Assembly: GCA_023515725.1 (NCBI GenBank)
Contig: JALDTO010000154.1
Coordinates: 453,484 to 517,483, forward strand
Direction: 5' to 3'
From: Amoeboaphelidium protococcarum X5
Taxonomy: Eukaryota > Fungi > Aphelidiomycota
DNA length: 64,000 bases
A model generated the notes under the pieces. That model had not been told where the DNA came from, did no database searches, and saw only the letters and a program-made list of their open reading frames with translations. The position numbers and the translations under genes were made by a program. Positions 16,659 to 30,480 of the stretch are shown in pieces (within the stretch, counting starts at the first letter, position 1; each line of letters begins with the position of its first letter).

Positions 16659-19427
16659 TCAGAGGGTACCAAGTTCTTGCAATGCCATTAAAACTTCATA
16701 AACACCTGTAAGGTAGTATTTAGCATGAGAACTTTTGAATCCAACACAGCAAGTGATGGTATTCTTGACAGCAATCTGACCATCACTAGCAACCACCTGC
16801 GTGTTCACTTACTCTTAATCCTGAACTAGCTATGTAGCATTAATATCCTGTGATAGAACATTCATAGCAGCTTAATTAGTATCCAGCTATGATAAGTCAT
16901 TGAGCCATTCGAAAACATCTTCATCAGCACGATCGTCGCCAATACAAATAACAGAAGAAGCTTGCGGATACTGAGCAAGTATCTATTGAACTACATTGAT
17001 CTTGTTGATACTCTTTGGACGCACCTCAATCACTTTTCTATCACTGACGGCATGAATTGGATAGACATTCTCAATAGAGTCACGGATATGATTCTGCAAC
17101 TCTTTAGCTTACCATGAACCAAACACAGGATCGGTGTTGCGATAATGCCACACCACGGCAGTTTCCTTCACCTCAATAAATGATCCGGGAGTACGCTCAG
17201 TGTAATATTCTAAAGATTCCACGACCTGCTGCTTCCACTACTGGTCGTGGCCGCTTTAAGATGCACAAGACATTGATGTGGAATCATTGAATGGCTTCTT
17301 ATTCAGAACAGATGTCCATTGCTACTTATTCTGACCTGGATGCTTGACGAATGCTCCATTCTCTGCACATAATCCAATGCCTTGCACGTGAGATAAACGA
17401 GCATGCAGATCCTGCATCTACCGACCACTAAGAATGTAAACTAAATTTCTCTTGTCATCACACAACTTCTACAAATGCTTGATCATCTGACCACTTTGCT
17501 GCGGAACCACATTAAGATCCTTTTCATATGGCACCAGAACACCGTCATAATTTAAGAAAATGATTCTCTTCTACTGCTACGATTACTGCTATTGTCCGCC
17601 TGATAGAGCTTTCATTTCAAAAGTTCGCTTCAAGATGGGCACAGTCAGGTGAGGAATATTAACACTAAATCTACGTTACATATCCACAGACACTCTAACC
17701 AGATCGTCAACATAAGATTAAGCCCAGAAAGCACCAGTATTCTGAGACACGTGTTCATACAACTCTTTATGAGTGGAATCTCTCTCCTTCTGAGGCATAT
17801 TGAGGGCAGTGTTGATAGCCTGCGCAACCTGCTTCAAATCCCAAGGATTAATACGCAGAGCAGCATTCAATATGCCGCAGGTACCGGTGAATTCACTGAT
17901 GATCAGAGGATTATGATTACTCTCCTAACACACAATATACTCATGACTAGTCAGATTCATTCCATCACGCACAGAAGTGATCAGACAAGCATCAGCAATA
18001 GTCAGCAGAGCCAAATAATGCGAGAATGAAATGTCTTGGATCAAGTACACAACGGGGGTGTACTCAATTGTACCATACTTGGCATTTATTCTAGTGACAA
18101 GATCAGATATCTAACGATGTAACTCTATATGTTCCGTAGTCGATACCGCAACCTGAACTAAAATCACCTTCCCCACCCACTCTGGATACATATGTAAAAA
18201 CATCTCGAATGCCTGCAACTTCTACTTGACTCCCTTGATCGGATCCAGCTTGTCACGACCCACGATCAGCTACTTGTCGTGATACTTATCCTTCAACATC
18301 TCAATCATCTACTAGACATCTTCAGATTACCTCTTCAAATTCAAATTTATGATATCAACACCGATAGGATAAACACCAACCGCGACAACTTTATTATCGA
18401 GCAAAATACCTTTAGGAGTGCTCTCACATTACAGAATTCTTGAGGCTGTCTGCAAAAAGTGTCTTACGTATAGCTCGGTCTGAAAGCCCAACAAATCAGC
18501 TCCCAAAACACCTTCCAACAACTGCCTGCGAACATGAAGACATCTAAACACCTCACTGGATGGGAATGGGATATGCAAAAAGAACCCAATGATCGCAGAA
18601 GGAATCTTTATACGCACAAACATAGGGACCAGCATCAAGTGATAGTCATGAATCCAAATCACGTCACCCTGCTTGTACTCATCCACAATAGCATCTGCAA
18701 ATCTCTAATTCACAGCCACGTACATTGCCCAGGCATTATCATTCTCAAATCTCTCCGCCTGCTGAATGTAGTGCATAGTAGGCCACAGAATCTCCTTACA
18801 AAAGCTATTATAATGACCATGCAGTTCCTCGTCAGACATAATGACAGGTTGGCACTTTTACTTTGACAGGTCGGTGGTGAGCTGATGAACAAACTCCTGA
18901 CTGAACTTATCTTACTGGGGCAAGTCAGATAACACCCCAATGTACATTCTGTTATCCAACTTGGATGATCTAATTGCATTGTGCAGACCAATGTTTCCCA
19001 TATGCGATGGAACAATATCATACTGCATAGGTGGTAGCTCTTACAGGGAAGACAAGGTTGGCGACAGGGGAGTCTTAACCTGGAATGGCATTCGACTAAC
19101 ATCAGAATCAGTTCTATAATGATACCTTGATGGAGGACCAGTCGCTTCCATGGAGTCAGTCTAAATTCTGAATAGACCACCAGAGCCATGTTGTTACTGT
19201 TGTTTGTGTACTGGAGATGTAGAATTAGAACTGCTATGATGGTGATGCTAGTAGTGATGATGATGGTTCTACAGCGACCCCGGGGCATTCTTCAATCTTC
19301 TCTTGGGCGAGGATAAAGGTATCACCAACTCTACAGTCACAGGCAGGTAGAGGGATGCAATCAGAACTCTTTTATCTCCACCAATGCTAGTTGCAACTGA
19401 AGCCTATCTTTAACTACTATCTGGCAT
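16659..19427 (-). CDS. trehalose-6-phosphate synthase/phosphatase family protein (GT20 + HAD), probably regulatory Tsl1/Tps3-type, 922 aa
   Basis: WIHDYHLML, GFFLHIPFPSSE, GRDKLDPIKG, RDGMNL, ERTPGSFIE, IGDDRADEDVF; HAD motif I reads FLNYDGV. Confidence 0.9.
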
Positions 19428-20049
19428 ACTTTAGTAAAAGGTAACTTGCAATTATTGGACAGAAGAGCTTTGGTAAAGATAAGATAATAATCACTTTAAT
19501 GTCACCACAAAGATGTACAGAACTGTCACTTAGTCAGTCAGTCAGTGCCTAACAAGAGAAACAACCAGCTTTAAACGTGACGACAATAACAACGTGTGGG
19601 TGGAGACGGCAACTTTCTGAAAGACCAGTCGGGAATGAATGGGAAGCGACGCGCGCGTTTGAGGATGATTCGTCGTCTAGCGTTGATGATTCGTTCGTTT
19701 CCTCTGCGGTAAGATAACTTAAAGCAATGACACGGTTCTACAATAGTTTGAGTTGATCAAATGCAGATTCTCTAGCGTAAATCTGCTGCTGAAAAAGTAC
19801 GGATTTACCGATAAAGTATTTATACTACAATTAAAGCCTGAGGGACTAGTCGCATTCGACCGGTCTCGAGCGGCGTCTTCTTTTGTTCGAGATAGTCCTA
19901 TCTATGGAAAATCTTCAAGTGTCGACGAAATCGTGATTGGTTGTTTCAGATATTAAAACGGACAATGCTGATTAGCCGAAGTCTACATTGATGGTGGCGA
20001 ACAACTTCTGATAAAAAAGACATCTATTTATTCCGTGAGTGGAGAATTA

Positions 20050-21075
20050 ATGAATCAACGTCGGGAAAACAATCGACAATAAGCGATAATAACTGAACAT
20101 CAATGCTACAATCAGTGGCCCTACTGGGTGAGGTGGGAGAAACGTCCGGGCAATCTGATCTACGTTGAAACAAGTGTTAAAGGGACTGTTTTAAGAATCC
20201 CGCGTCCTTTAGGTCCGCGCTTGTTTCAAATCGTGAGAAGTATGAAAGATGTGATTTTTGTCGGTGTGCCTTCAAAAAGACCCTGGTCGAAGACATTTCA
20301 CCATTTGAAAGAGATTCAGGGTAATCTTTTTTTACCCATTTTGCACATCCGCTGGAATCAAATCGACGCTTACTAGCATCTGTTTGATTAGTTCACTGCC
20401 GTTGTAGTCGACAAATGTACGGACGGGGCGCCGTTGGCCAGACAGCATTTGAAATTTATGATGCATGCGTTGGAAGATTTGATTGTTAAGTTTCGACATC
20501 AAGCAAGTGTTTCAGCCATGTGCTTTGTCGACGATGATGTGCTCGGCATGGAAATGCATACCAATGGCACCGTGGAATCAATTTCCCTCGCCGACGGTAT
20601 GAACATGTTATGGGAAGAACTTCGGAGAAACGGACAGTTGAATGGCGTCAGTCCCAATCCTTAGCACTACTTACGATGGCCTTTAAGAATGAAATAAGGT
20701 GGCTCATTAAGGCTGAGTGGCGTCATGATGTTTCGCGTCAATGACACTTTTAGGCACTCGTCATTTGTACCGTCATGGCTGCGTTTCATTCCTGTATTTG
20801 GCTTCCGTATTACGCGCCTTCGGCAAGCGCTCATCTACCAAAGCGAGGACTATGCGATGTGTGAGCAGTTGCGAGACTGGCAGGGGCGGCCGACCACCTC
20901 TTTGTATCCGACCCTTGTTTTTCTGATATCAGGTGAGCCTTCTGTTGCTGGTACGCAGAAGTTCGACAAGATGAACTACACCCGCAGCGCTCTGGCGAAA
21001 AACTTCAGGTCGTTGTTCAAAAAGACCTCGTGGCAGGTAAAGGGACTATCCGATTTGTTCAAACAATATGCCTGA
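20050..21075 (+). CDS. putative GT-A glycosyltransferase resembling TET-associated (TAGT)/JGT/GREB1 family; 5' end uncertain
   Basis: Motif order FVGVPSKRP...GAPLARQHLK...CFVDDDV...SEDYAMC; same frame extends upstream to ~19690 past one TGA at 19969-19971. Confidence 0.5.
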
Positions 21076-21358
21076 GAATTTTTCTCCGGATCCTAAATCA
21101 CTTCCTAAAATCTTCATTATTGAAGAGTTGCGTTGGTAAATCGTTCGTTTACTCTGCAATATGATGATGATTCGCTTTAAAAATCTCCTTCCCTGATATA
21201 ATTGCGAGAAAGTTGACTGCTCTGCTATTATGCAATGTTTCCACTTTTCTATATGTTTGTTTTCACTAACTTTCTATGATATCGCAATTGAATTGTTTGT
21301 ATTCTAGTATTTAGAAAGAGCCAGGTACAAAGAGCAGCGAAATAGATCTTTAATTTCA

Positions 21359-22942
21359 TCATAAATTCATAACGCGTTCAATATCAGTTAGATTCTTGGG
21401 CACCTTGGATGTCAAGACTAGAGGCTAGTTGCCTTGAATCACGATATCATCTTCAATTCTGATATTGATTCCTCTGTACTTTTCCGGAATTAGCTGATAC
21501 CATTCAGGTTGATCATCAACTATGGCCGAGTCTGGATGCGGTAAGTATACTCCAGGCTCAATAGTGATACACATTCCATCAACCAGTTTATTGCGGCTCC
21601 AATGATGAGCAGGTGTTGATTCAAGTGACACCTGCCCTCTCAACACCAACTCATAATTAGCCTGTGAAATAATGTCACCACTTGACGCGTCTCCAACATC
21701 GTGTAAATCCAGTCCCAGATGATGGCCAACACCATGCGGGTAGATTTCATTAGCGAGTCTATTTGCATCTCCAGCACTTTAAACTTACAGAATTTCATTA
21801 ACAATCTTTCTCCTGATTAAATCTACGCTCATAAAATGTAAGTCTATCAGAGTCATACCTCCTGTTGAAGTTGCAGCCTGTATTAACTAAGATTGAATTT
21901 TCTCTAGAGCACTGTACACTGCAGCTTCTTCCTCAGTGAACTTGCCTCCGCGTGGAATCGCTCGTGATATATCTGAGCAATACCCACCGTATTGACAACC
22001 GGCATCTATAAGTATAAGACCATCCACCAGTTGCATGTCATTCTTTACGTAATGCAAAACTGAAGCGTTAACATTGTTAGCAATCACGGGAACATACGCC
22101 AACTTGGCTCCATTAGAACGGGCGTAATATTCAAATATAGCTTAAACTTCATACTCATAATTAAGCTTAGGTAGACGACGCATAGTTTATATAAATGCCT
22201 AACTCGCAATATCAGCAGACTTTTACATCAACTCAATCTCTGCAAAACTTTTAACTAGTCTCATCCTTGATATGTGAGACCTGAGGCTGTCATGTATATG
22301 AAGGCCTTCAATCTTTATCAACTCATTGTATAATTCGCTTTTAGGAACAGGACTATAACGATGTTATGACGCGCCATAAGATACATTTTATGATATGCCA
22401 GTTATGAGAGACATGTTGCAGTAAAGATTAACAGAATTGTCAGAGTTCTTTATCATTTTTTAAATGGTATCTATGAGAACAGATTTAAATTCTGAATTGG
22501 AATAAGCCATATCAGCACCAAAGTGGTTCATAGCATTACGCGTTCCCAATGAAGGACCATCCCACCGAATGGATTCTATGCTATTATCATCTAGAAATAC
22601 AGTCATTAGAGGTCCATCTGAATTTTTGTGCCCTGAACTTTAAGAGAGCATCAGAATAGCATTTGGTTCATCCACGCCACTCAGATACTTGACATTAGAC
22701 TCTTGATGGAATTCATAAAAGATCTTCCCAGATGTGTATCGCGTTCTATAACCAAATAGCAACGCAATTGCATTCTCCAACTGCGATTGACCAACGCCAA
22801 ATCGGCTGAACAGAGCGCGTTATCGTAACTTGTACTCTCTCTATGATATTCCAGTGGTAAGTAACTCGGCCGACTTTATCAAGTGTGGATGCGTGCGATG
22901 TAACCTAAATCCCAAATGTTAGAATCCTTTTTACGCGTTCAT
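21359..22942 (-). CDS. ICP55: mitochondrial Xaa-Pro aminopeptidase Icp55/XPNPEP3 (M24B)
   Basis: THPHLI..TGIS, FHQESN, WDGP, LHYVKND, LIDAG, SDISR, PHGVGHHLGLDLHD, TIEPGVY, IRIEDD. Confidence 0.92.
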
Positions 22943-24717
22943 TCACTGTGTATTGCTGATATCTATTCACCTTATTGAATCTTTATTTGGTTGTCGCTAT
23001 TCGTAACTGAATGAGCGTGTTTGGAGACCGGAGTTTTGATTGGCCTCGCGCTGAGAGAGGACTTTAATACCGTAATCTTCTTCTAGTTTTAGAGATTGAT
23101 TATAAGCAAAGGTACTCTTAATTCAGATTATACCAAGATGCACCTGGAAATACCATGATTCACCTACCAATAAAGGAGAATTGCAATAGCTTGCTACTAC
23201 TAATCAAGCGGTCAAGAAAACTTCACAATGGATAAAGTTGTAGTAATCATCATTGATCAAACTTGAATTTGGACTATAGCAAGATGAAATCTAACTTGCC
23301 GAAAGTCGCTGAATTGTAGTTTATAATAATTCTAATGACATTTATATATTTGGGGAATTTATGAAAACATAATCAAAACTGTGCGGCTCTGAAAGCATTG
23401 TTCACAATACAAGAGATTGAATCTGTTGTGCTGTCTGGGTATTCTCTTTCTCTGTACAGTTGGGTTTGGAAATAGTTGACGGGCTAAAATAATGCACTAA
23501 CCTGACACTATTAAATAATGTTAACTGCGTTAAGTCATTGTCATGCAATCTTTGTGGATTCTCTTTGTTGGTGCTGACGGTGTCTAAGCTCCCATTAATG
23601 AGATCGGTTGAAGTCAATCGGGACGCGCTAGGAAATTCTGATGGGAATCACTGGCGTCTCTGAGAGAGACGATGATCAGTTAGCGTGGTTTAGGCAAGTA
23701 CCATCGAGGGTCATGAGAGCTAAAAGCCACCCAGGAAGACGTTATGGTTATAAGTGCTGGATATGCGATCATTCGTTGAGTGAGGCCTGTTAGATATTCT
23801 CATCTTGCCAGTGGTCGGCTCTAATCACAGTTCGGAGCTTCCGAGTATGCTGGATTCACACCATCTGGAAATTATCTTTTGCATATGCTCAAAATTGATT
23901 ATCTTCGTAAGCAATAATACTATAATTTGGATGTGCAGTGAAGAGGGGAAGATTATGTCTGATGATCATAGCTTTAAATGGACAATTGTGGACTGTAGTT
24001 ATTGACAGAAGTGCCGCGCTTGCAGAGATTAAGAATGTTTGAATATAGACCGCCAGGTGAAAGAAGGAAGCTAAACTCGCCGTCAAAGTTTCCGCACTCA
24101 TTTTTAAGCCAGCTGGTTATCTGGGTACGGCAAATATTGGCCGGAGTGTAAGGAGGATCTGTGTTAAATCTCGGTAATGTAGTCGTCCAAAGGGCCAGCG
24201 AAGTGCTTTGTGTGTACGGTTCTTAAAGCCATGTTATTGAAGATTGTCAAGATCCACGCAAGGGACTAAAGAGAATCAAGGGGATGAGGAACGGCTGACT
24301 GGTATAAGGCTAAGATTTAAACGAAAGTTCACTGATGAGTAAGGTGGCGAGGTGAAAGAAAAGTGAATGAACGTGGCATGAAACAAGTTGGATGCAAAAA
24401 ATAGCTATCAAGTTTCTGATCCACCATGCTTATAAGATCATTTCGTAAAAGAAAGGCTTATAAACACTCTCTCATACAGAGTAGTTAGAACGACAATTAG
24501 TCTTGTGAAGTAGCTACCTACTAATAAATTTTAACTTTTTTTGCTTTAATCAGTAAGATCAAACTGAAATCTTATTCGCAGCTTTGTCAAACGCGTCGGC
24601 CGCACTATAGTCGCGGTGAGACTTTGCCCGCTGATTGCTCGTTCTTTCATCTCTCTGTCTGTACTATAACGCTTAGCAATCAAGTGAAATTAGCTAATAG
24701 TGAGCGGCAAATCTATT

Positions 24718-25558
24718 ATGTCGAAACCAATTATATAGCCGTCAAGGTCTGAAATTTCTGGATAACCCGCCTAGCCTGAGGCTCTTAGAAGAATATTCTA
24801 TTATACCGGGGTAAATTATCGCCATTTATTTTGCACCAGAATGTGTTCCAACTTGTCATATTACTATTTTGTATCGATGTAGACAGTGTCGACTTGGATT
24901 GATCGCACAGTGCCCTATGTATTGGAACGATGGCTGTTCTTTCTAGCGATTCTACTGCTGTTTATTGTTAGAATATTGATGCTTCACTAGTTCTACTTGG
25001 TCACTTATACTCTTGGAATCTACTTACTCAACCTCTTTCTGGCCTTCATCTAGCCAAAGTTTGATCCGTCGGTGAAGAATGATCCGTCAGGCTTGGGTAA
25101 TGATGCCACCTCCAATGGAGATGATGGTGCTCTTGCTAGTCCTCTGCCAACCATTAATACTGGTGGTGGTGGTATTGGGGAAGAGTTTCGCCCGTTCATT
25201 CGGAAGTTGCCAGAGTTCAAGTTTTGGTATCACGCGTCTCAGGCGGTACTCTTCTCTCTTGCATGCACCTTGTTCTAATTCATGGACATTCCAGTGTTTT
25301 GGTAAGTTTAGTATTACTTCTACACGCTGTACGGGATATTCTGTTAATGTTTTCTGATACTTGTAGGCCTATTTTGTTGATGTATTTCATCCTATTGGTT
25401 TTCCTAACTCTTAGAAGGCAGATTAAGCATATGAAAAAGTACAAGTATGTGCCTTTTGATATGGGTAAGATTATTAATGTTGTTGTGCTTAACTTTATCT
25501 CTAATAACTAAATTAATCAGGAGTTGTTAGTGTAGGTAAGAAGGGGAGCTCTAAATGA
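24718..25558 (+). CDS. RER1: Rer1 ER-retrieval receptor, three introns
   Basis: YTLGIYLLNLFLAFIQPKFDP, EEFRPFIRKLPEFKFW, DIPVFWPILLMYF, RRQIKHMKKYKYVPFD. Confidence 0.96.
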
Positions 25559-25597
25559 ATAATCTGCATATCGTGACAATTAAATATGTTCTATTTA

Positions 25598-27349
25598 TCA
25601 TTTACGTGAAGTGTTTAAATCCATTCTATCACTCTGATAGTTGTTATGCAAGGCGATATTATCTTGTCCACCTTCAAATTACAACGATGGTTGAACTAGT
25701 TGAACCGGGGACGATACTTCGCTCATTGACTCTTCACTATGAGCAGGTGAAGTTATAGCAGACTGTACACTTCCATTGTGATTACCATTTTATTTCCCAC
25801 CATTGGCAGCAGAGATCTGAACTGCGGTATTCAATGCAGTGGAATTAAATCTGCGTCTGACCTACTCCAAATGAGCAAAGTATTCGTCATCCACATCTCC
25901 AGTCACGTATTCGCCGTTAAATACACTGACATCGAACTGTTATATTGCAGGATTATACCGTCTACATGCTTCCACCAGATCGTCTAAATCCTAGTAGATG
26001 AGATCATCAGCACCTATAATCTGAGCAACTTCATCCTCACTCTTGTCAAATGCAACCAACTCATTCCTGGTAGGCATATCAATACCGTAGACATTAGGAT
26101 AGCGAATGGCAGGTGCGCAAGATGCAAAGTACACTTTAGATGCTCCCGACTCCCTGGCCATCATAATAATCTCTTTACTAGTCGTACCTCTTACCACGCT
26201 ATCATCCACCAAGAGAACACGTTTATCCTGGAACTCCATCTTCATTGGATTCAGCTTCCGGCGAACATTCTTCTTCCTTTACGACTGACCAGGCATAATG
26301 AACGTACGTCCAATGTACCGGTTCTTGATGAAGCCTTCTCTGTACGTGATTCCCAGCTGATATGATAGCTGAAGTGCAGCTGTACGCGAAGTATCAGGCA
26401 CAGGGATGATCACATCAACCGCATCTCTGACATCCTAACCCATCCTATCTTTGAAATGCTTGACCACTTACTTGGCCAGCAGTTCACCCATAGCCAATCT
26501 AGCCTTATACACGGATATGCCATTCATTATAGAGTCCGGACGCGCAAAGTACACATACTCAAATATGCATGGTGATACATAAGTGGGATCTACGGGGACA
26601 CATTACCGCAGAGTCATCTTCTCTCTAGTGATAATAATGGCCTGCCCAGGTAGGAGATCTTTAACATCAGCAGTGTTATACCCGAGAACATCCAACACCA
26701 CACTCTCGCTAGCCACCATGTAATCAGTGCCGTGATCTAAAGTCCTACTCTACCTACTACCGTACACTATAGGCCTGATACCGAACCTATCCCTGAACGC
26801 TATTATGCCAAAGCTGGGAATCATGGCCACACATGCATATCCACCAGTACATCGATTCATCACACCTTCTATTGCGCGGAACACATCGTCTTCATTGACA
26901 CGAACTTTACCAGCCTGGCTGAGGCATTCAGCAAAGACATTCAACAAGCACTCAGAGTCGGAATCAGTGTTTATATGGCGATGTGCTTTGGTGTCCAGGT
27001 ACTGACGAAGCTCCACAGTGTTGGTCAGATTGCCGTTATGCGCCAGTACAATACCATACGGAGAATTGACATAGAACGGCTAAGCCTCGGATTGTGATGA
27101 CCCGCCCGCCGTAGGATATCTGCAATGCCCAACACCGTGGTATCCAGACAGCCTGATCAGCTAATCTTCGGCGAACACGTCCTTCACCAGTCCATTGCCT
27201 TTACACTGATACAGACGTCCCTTCTAGGCACAAGTGACAATACCAGCAGCATCCTGTCCGCGGTGTTGCAATACACTCAAACCTTCATACAACTCTACGC
27301 TGACATTCTAAGTAGTATCCGCCAGTATAGATCCAATTATTCCACACAT
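25598..27349 (-). CDS. ADE4: amidophosphoribosyltransferase, intronless, 583 aa
   Basis: [57 protein letters not shown]. Confidence 0.97.
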
Positions 27350-27548
27350 TATACCGTGTAACTTCTTGAGATTTCTGGCGTACTAAAATTGATTTAAATT
27401 CACACCAAAGATGAAATAACGAACTGAAAGATTGCACGAGAGAAACAAAGTTTGAAAATAAAAGATTTAACCAAAATGTAAAAAGTCGATACAATGTCAT
27501 TTTATTTCATGTATAACAAAAGTCAGAGCCTCAAATGGATATTATTCA

Positions 27549-28439
<891 letters not shown>

Positions 28440-28841
28440 GTCGTTATAAGGAATAGATAATTGATTATTTAAAGTTAAGCTAGATGTGGTTGTTAAGTCT
28501 TTGAACGTACACAAAGATAGATCGCAAGGCGAATGAATGTTTGAGATCTCAACGAAGGGCGCGCGCTTCAACGATCATTAAATTACTACTTTGACAGCTC
28601 AGTTTTTAAAGTTTCGCGCTGGGATAGAATAAATACTCGTGATCTTACACTTTACATTGATGAAGAAATAATTGTTGATAGATTCAGCGATTAAATAGCG
28701 CCTAAAATTAAGGCGCTTAATGGTAGACAATTATCATTACTGAGCCATTAAAACAAAAATAGCGAAACTATAATAAGTCCTAATTATAATAATCAAAGCA
28801 GCTGTAATTTAATACCAAGACACGGTCATATCAGAATGCCA

Positions 28842-29450
28842 TCACATGAGATGACAGCAAGAATTAGTCTTCTTGGCAGTCTTGTAGAAAGTCTTGCTAG
28901 CTGTGCTGAGTTCATCGCTCTTGGCCACAAGATCTTCCAGGCGATCGCCACGCTCAAGCACAGACTCGATTGTTTTGTGCATCACAATCTTGGTCTCATC
29001 CAACTCTTTTTATACGCGTAAAAGACTATCAGCTTGAGCAGGATTTTGATACTTTGCCATGAGTTGCTTCAGAGTATTATTTAGAAATGATTACACAGAA
29101 GCGGATGCACCAGTCCATTGTTGAGCATCAGGGCACTAACGAAGAAATTGATCGAGAGCCTCATTGAGCACAGCGAAAGCCACCCGGCGAGGATACTCTT
29201 TATCAGCAATGAGCACTGCACTAAGATCCTAACGCCTTGTATGAATGTGACCAATGTACTCTTAATTCTCCACTGACTATCGATCTCCAGGATTGGGTGT
29301 CTTCTCTGCCAGGGTGCGAGAGAAGAAATTCATAAACTCCTAGATAGACCCCCGCTGGAAATAAGAAAACTAGGACAGCTCATATTCACCAACTACAATT
29401 TTACCAGGCTTAGAGTCAATTCGCACAATTACTATAGAAAAAATTTTCAT
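28842..29450 (-). CDS. YKT6: R-SNARE Ykt6, 202 aa
   Basis: [43 protein letters not shown]-terminal NSCCHLM (CCaax). Confidence 0.97.
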
Positions 29451-29717
29451 ATTGCAAGTGATACAAATTCAGTTACTAGTTACAAGGAAGTAGATTGCCG
29501 TAATTAAATCCAAATCGAAATCAAGAAAGAACTTTGTACAAATCAACGTCGCACAATCAAATAACAACGAAAGATGAAGGCGGACGGCTGTAGCAAGCTT
29601 TTAAAACAATACGATATATTGAGATGCAATTTTAATCACGAACACAATCATTACTCTTTATAATCTAAAATGCAAGTTCCATTAATGTGCCAATAATCTA
29701 AAAACACAGAAGCGATA

Positions 29718-30275
29718 TCAGGCCGAAGATTCCAATTTCTCTCCACCATGTTGCTCTTCTGCAGCAACTACGCGGTATCTTTTACCTGACAGCTGAACGA
29801 CATTTATTCCGCGCCGGAGCGCTTCTTCAACAACATCAGGATGAAACATCGGACCGCCTACAAAAGGCTGCACCGGCAGATGGTAGTAATTGCCGAAAAT
29901 TTCGCAAGTCCGCTCCAGCTGATCCAAAGCATCCATCCGCACTTAAGATTTCACTTCAATAATAGCCAAATAGGCATCGGTTAAAATAACACCGTCGGCC
30001 TCTGCCTTTAGATATTTGATGTTATCGACTGGGATCTATAACAGACGTGGCATTGTAATATCCTTGATATTAGAATTACTGCAGCGAAGGTACCTCTTCA
30101 CAGCTTCAGTCACCTCTTACTCATTAGATAAAGCGATACCACCAGATAAGCCTTCCAGTCTTTTATTCATCTATTTCAATTGAAAAACAATTTTATCCAA
30201 ATTTTACACCTTGCCATTTGACGCTAACGTATGTCTAACGCGCAAAAGTGGGCGGAATCGCGTTAGCCTGAACAT
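29718..30275 (-). CDS. small PD-(D/E)XK nuclease-fold protein with putative mitochondrial presequence, 185 aa
   Basis: MFRLTRFRPLLRVRHTLAS, short coiled coil, then EADGVI...IIEVKS...ALDQL...GGPMF. Confidence 0.7.
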
Positions 30276-30480
30276 TTTGTATTCTATTGCTTAATAGATC
30301 TTAATTTAGAAGAAGCTGACGTGATTATTCCATGTGAAGGACAATAAAAAATTCAAAAAATACTGACGACCTTATGACTAACGCACCGACAGTACACAGT
30401 TAACTATAAAAGTCATTATAAAATACTGCAATGGCTGAATCTCCAAATCAGCATAGTGGACAAAAAGTTTGACAATTATT

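Noticed and set aside
23000-23320. Short plus-strand ORF divergent from ICP55
   Set aside because: Could not establish a consistent start and frame, or any homology
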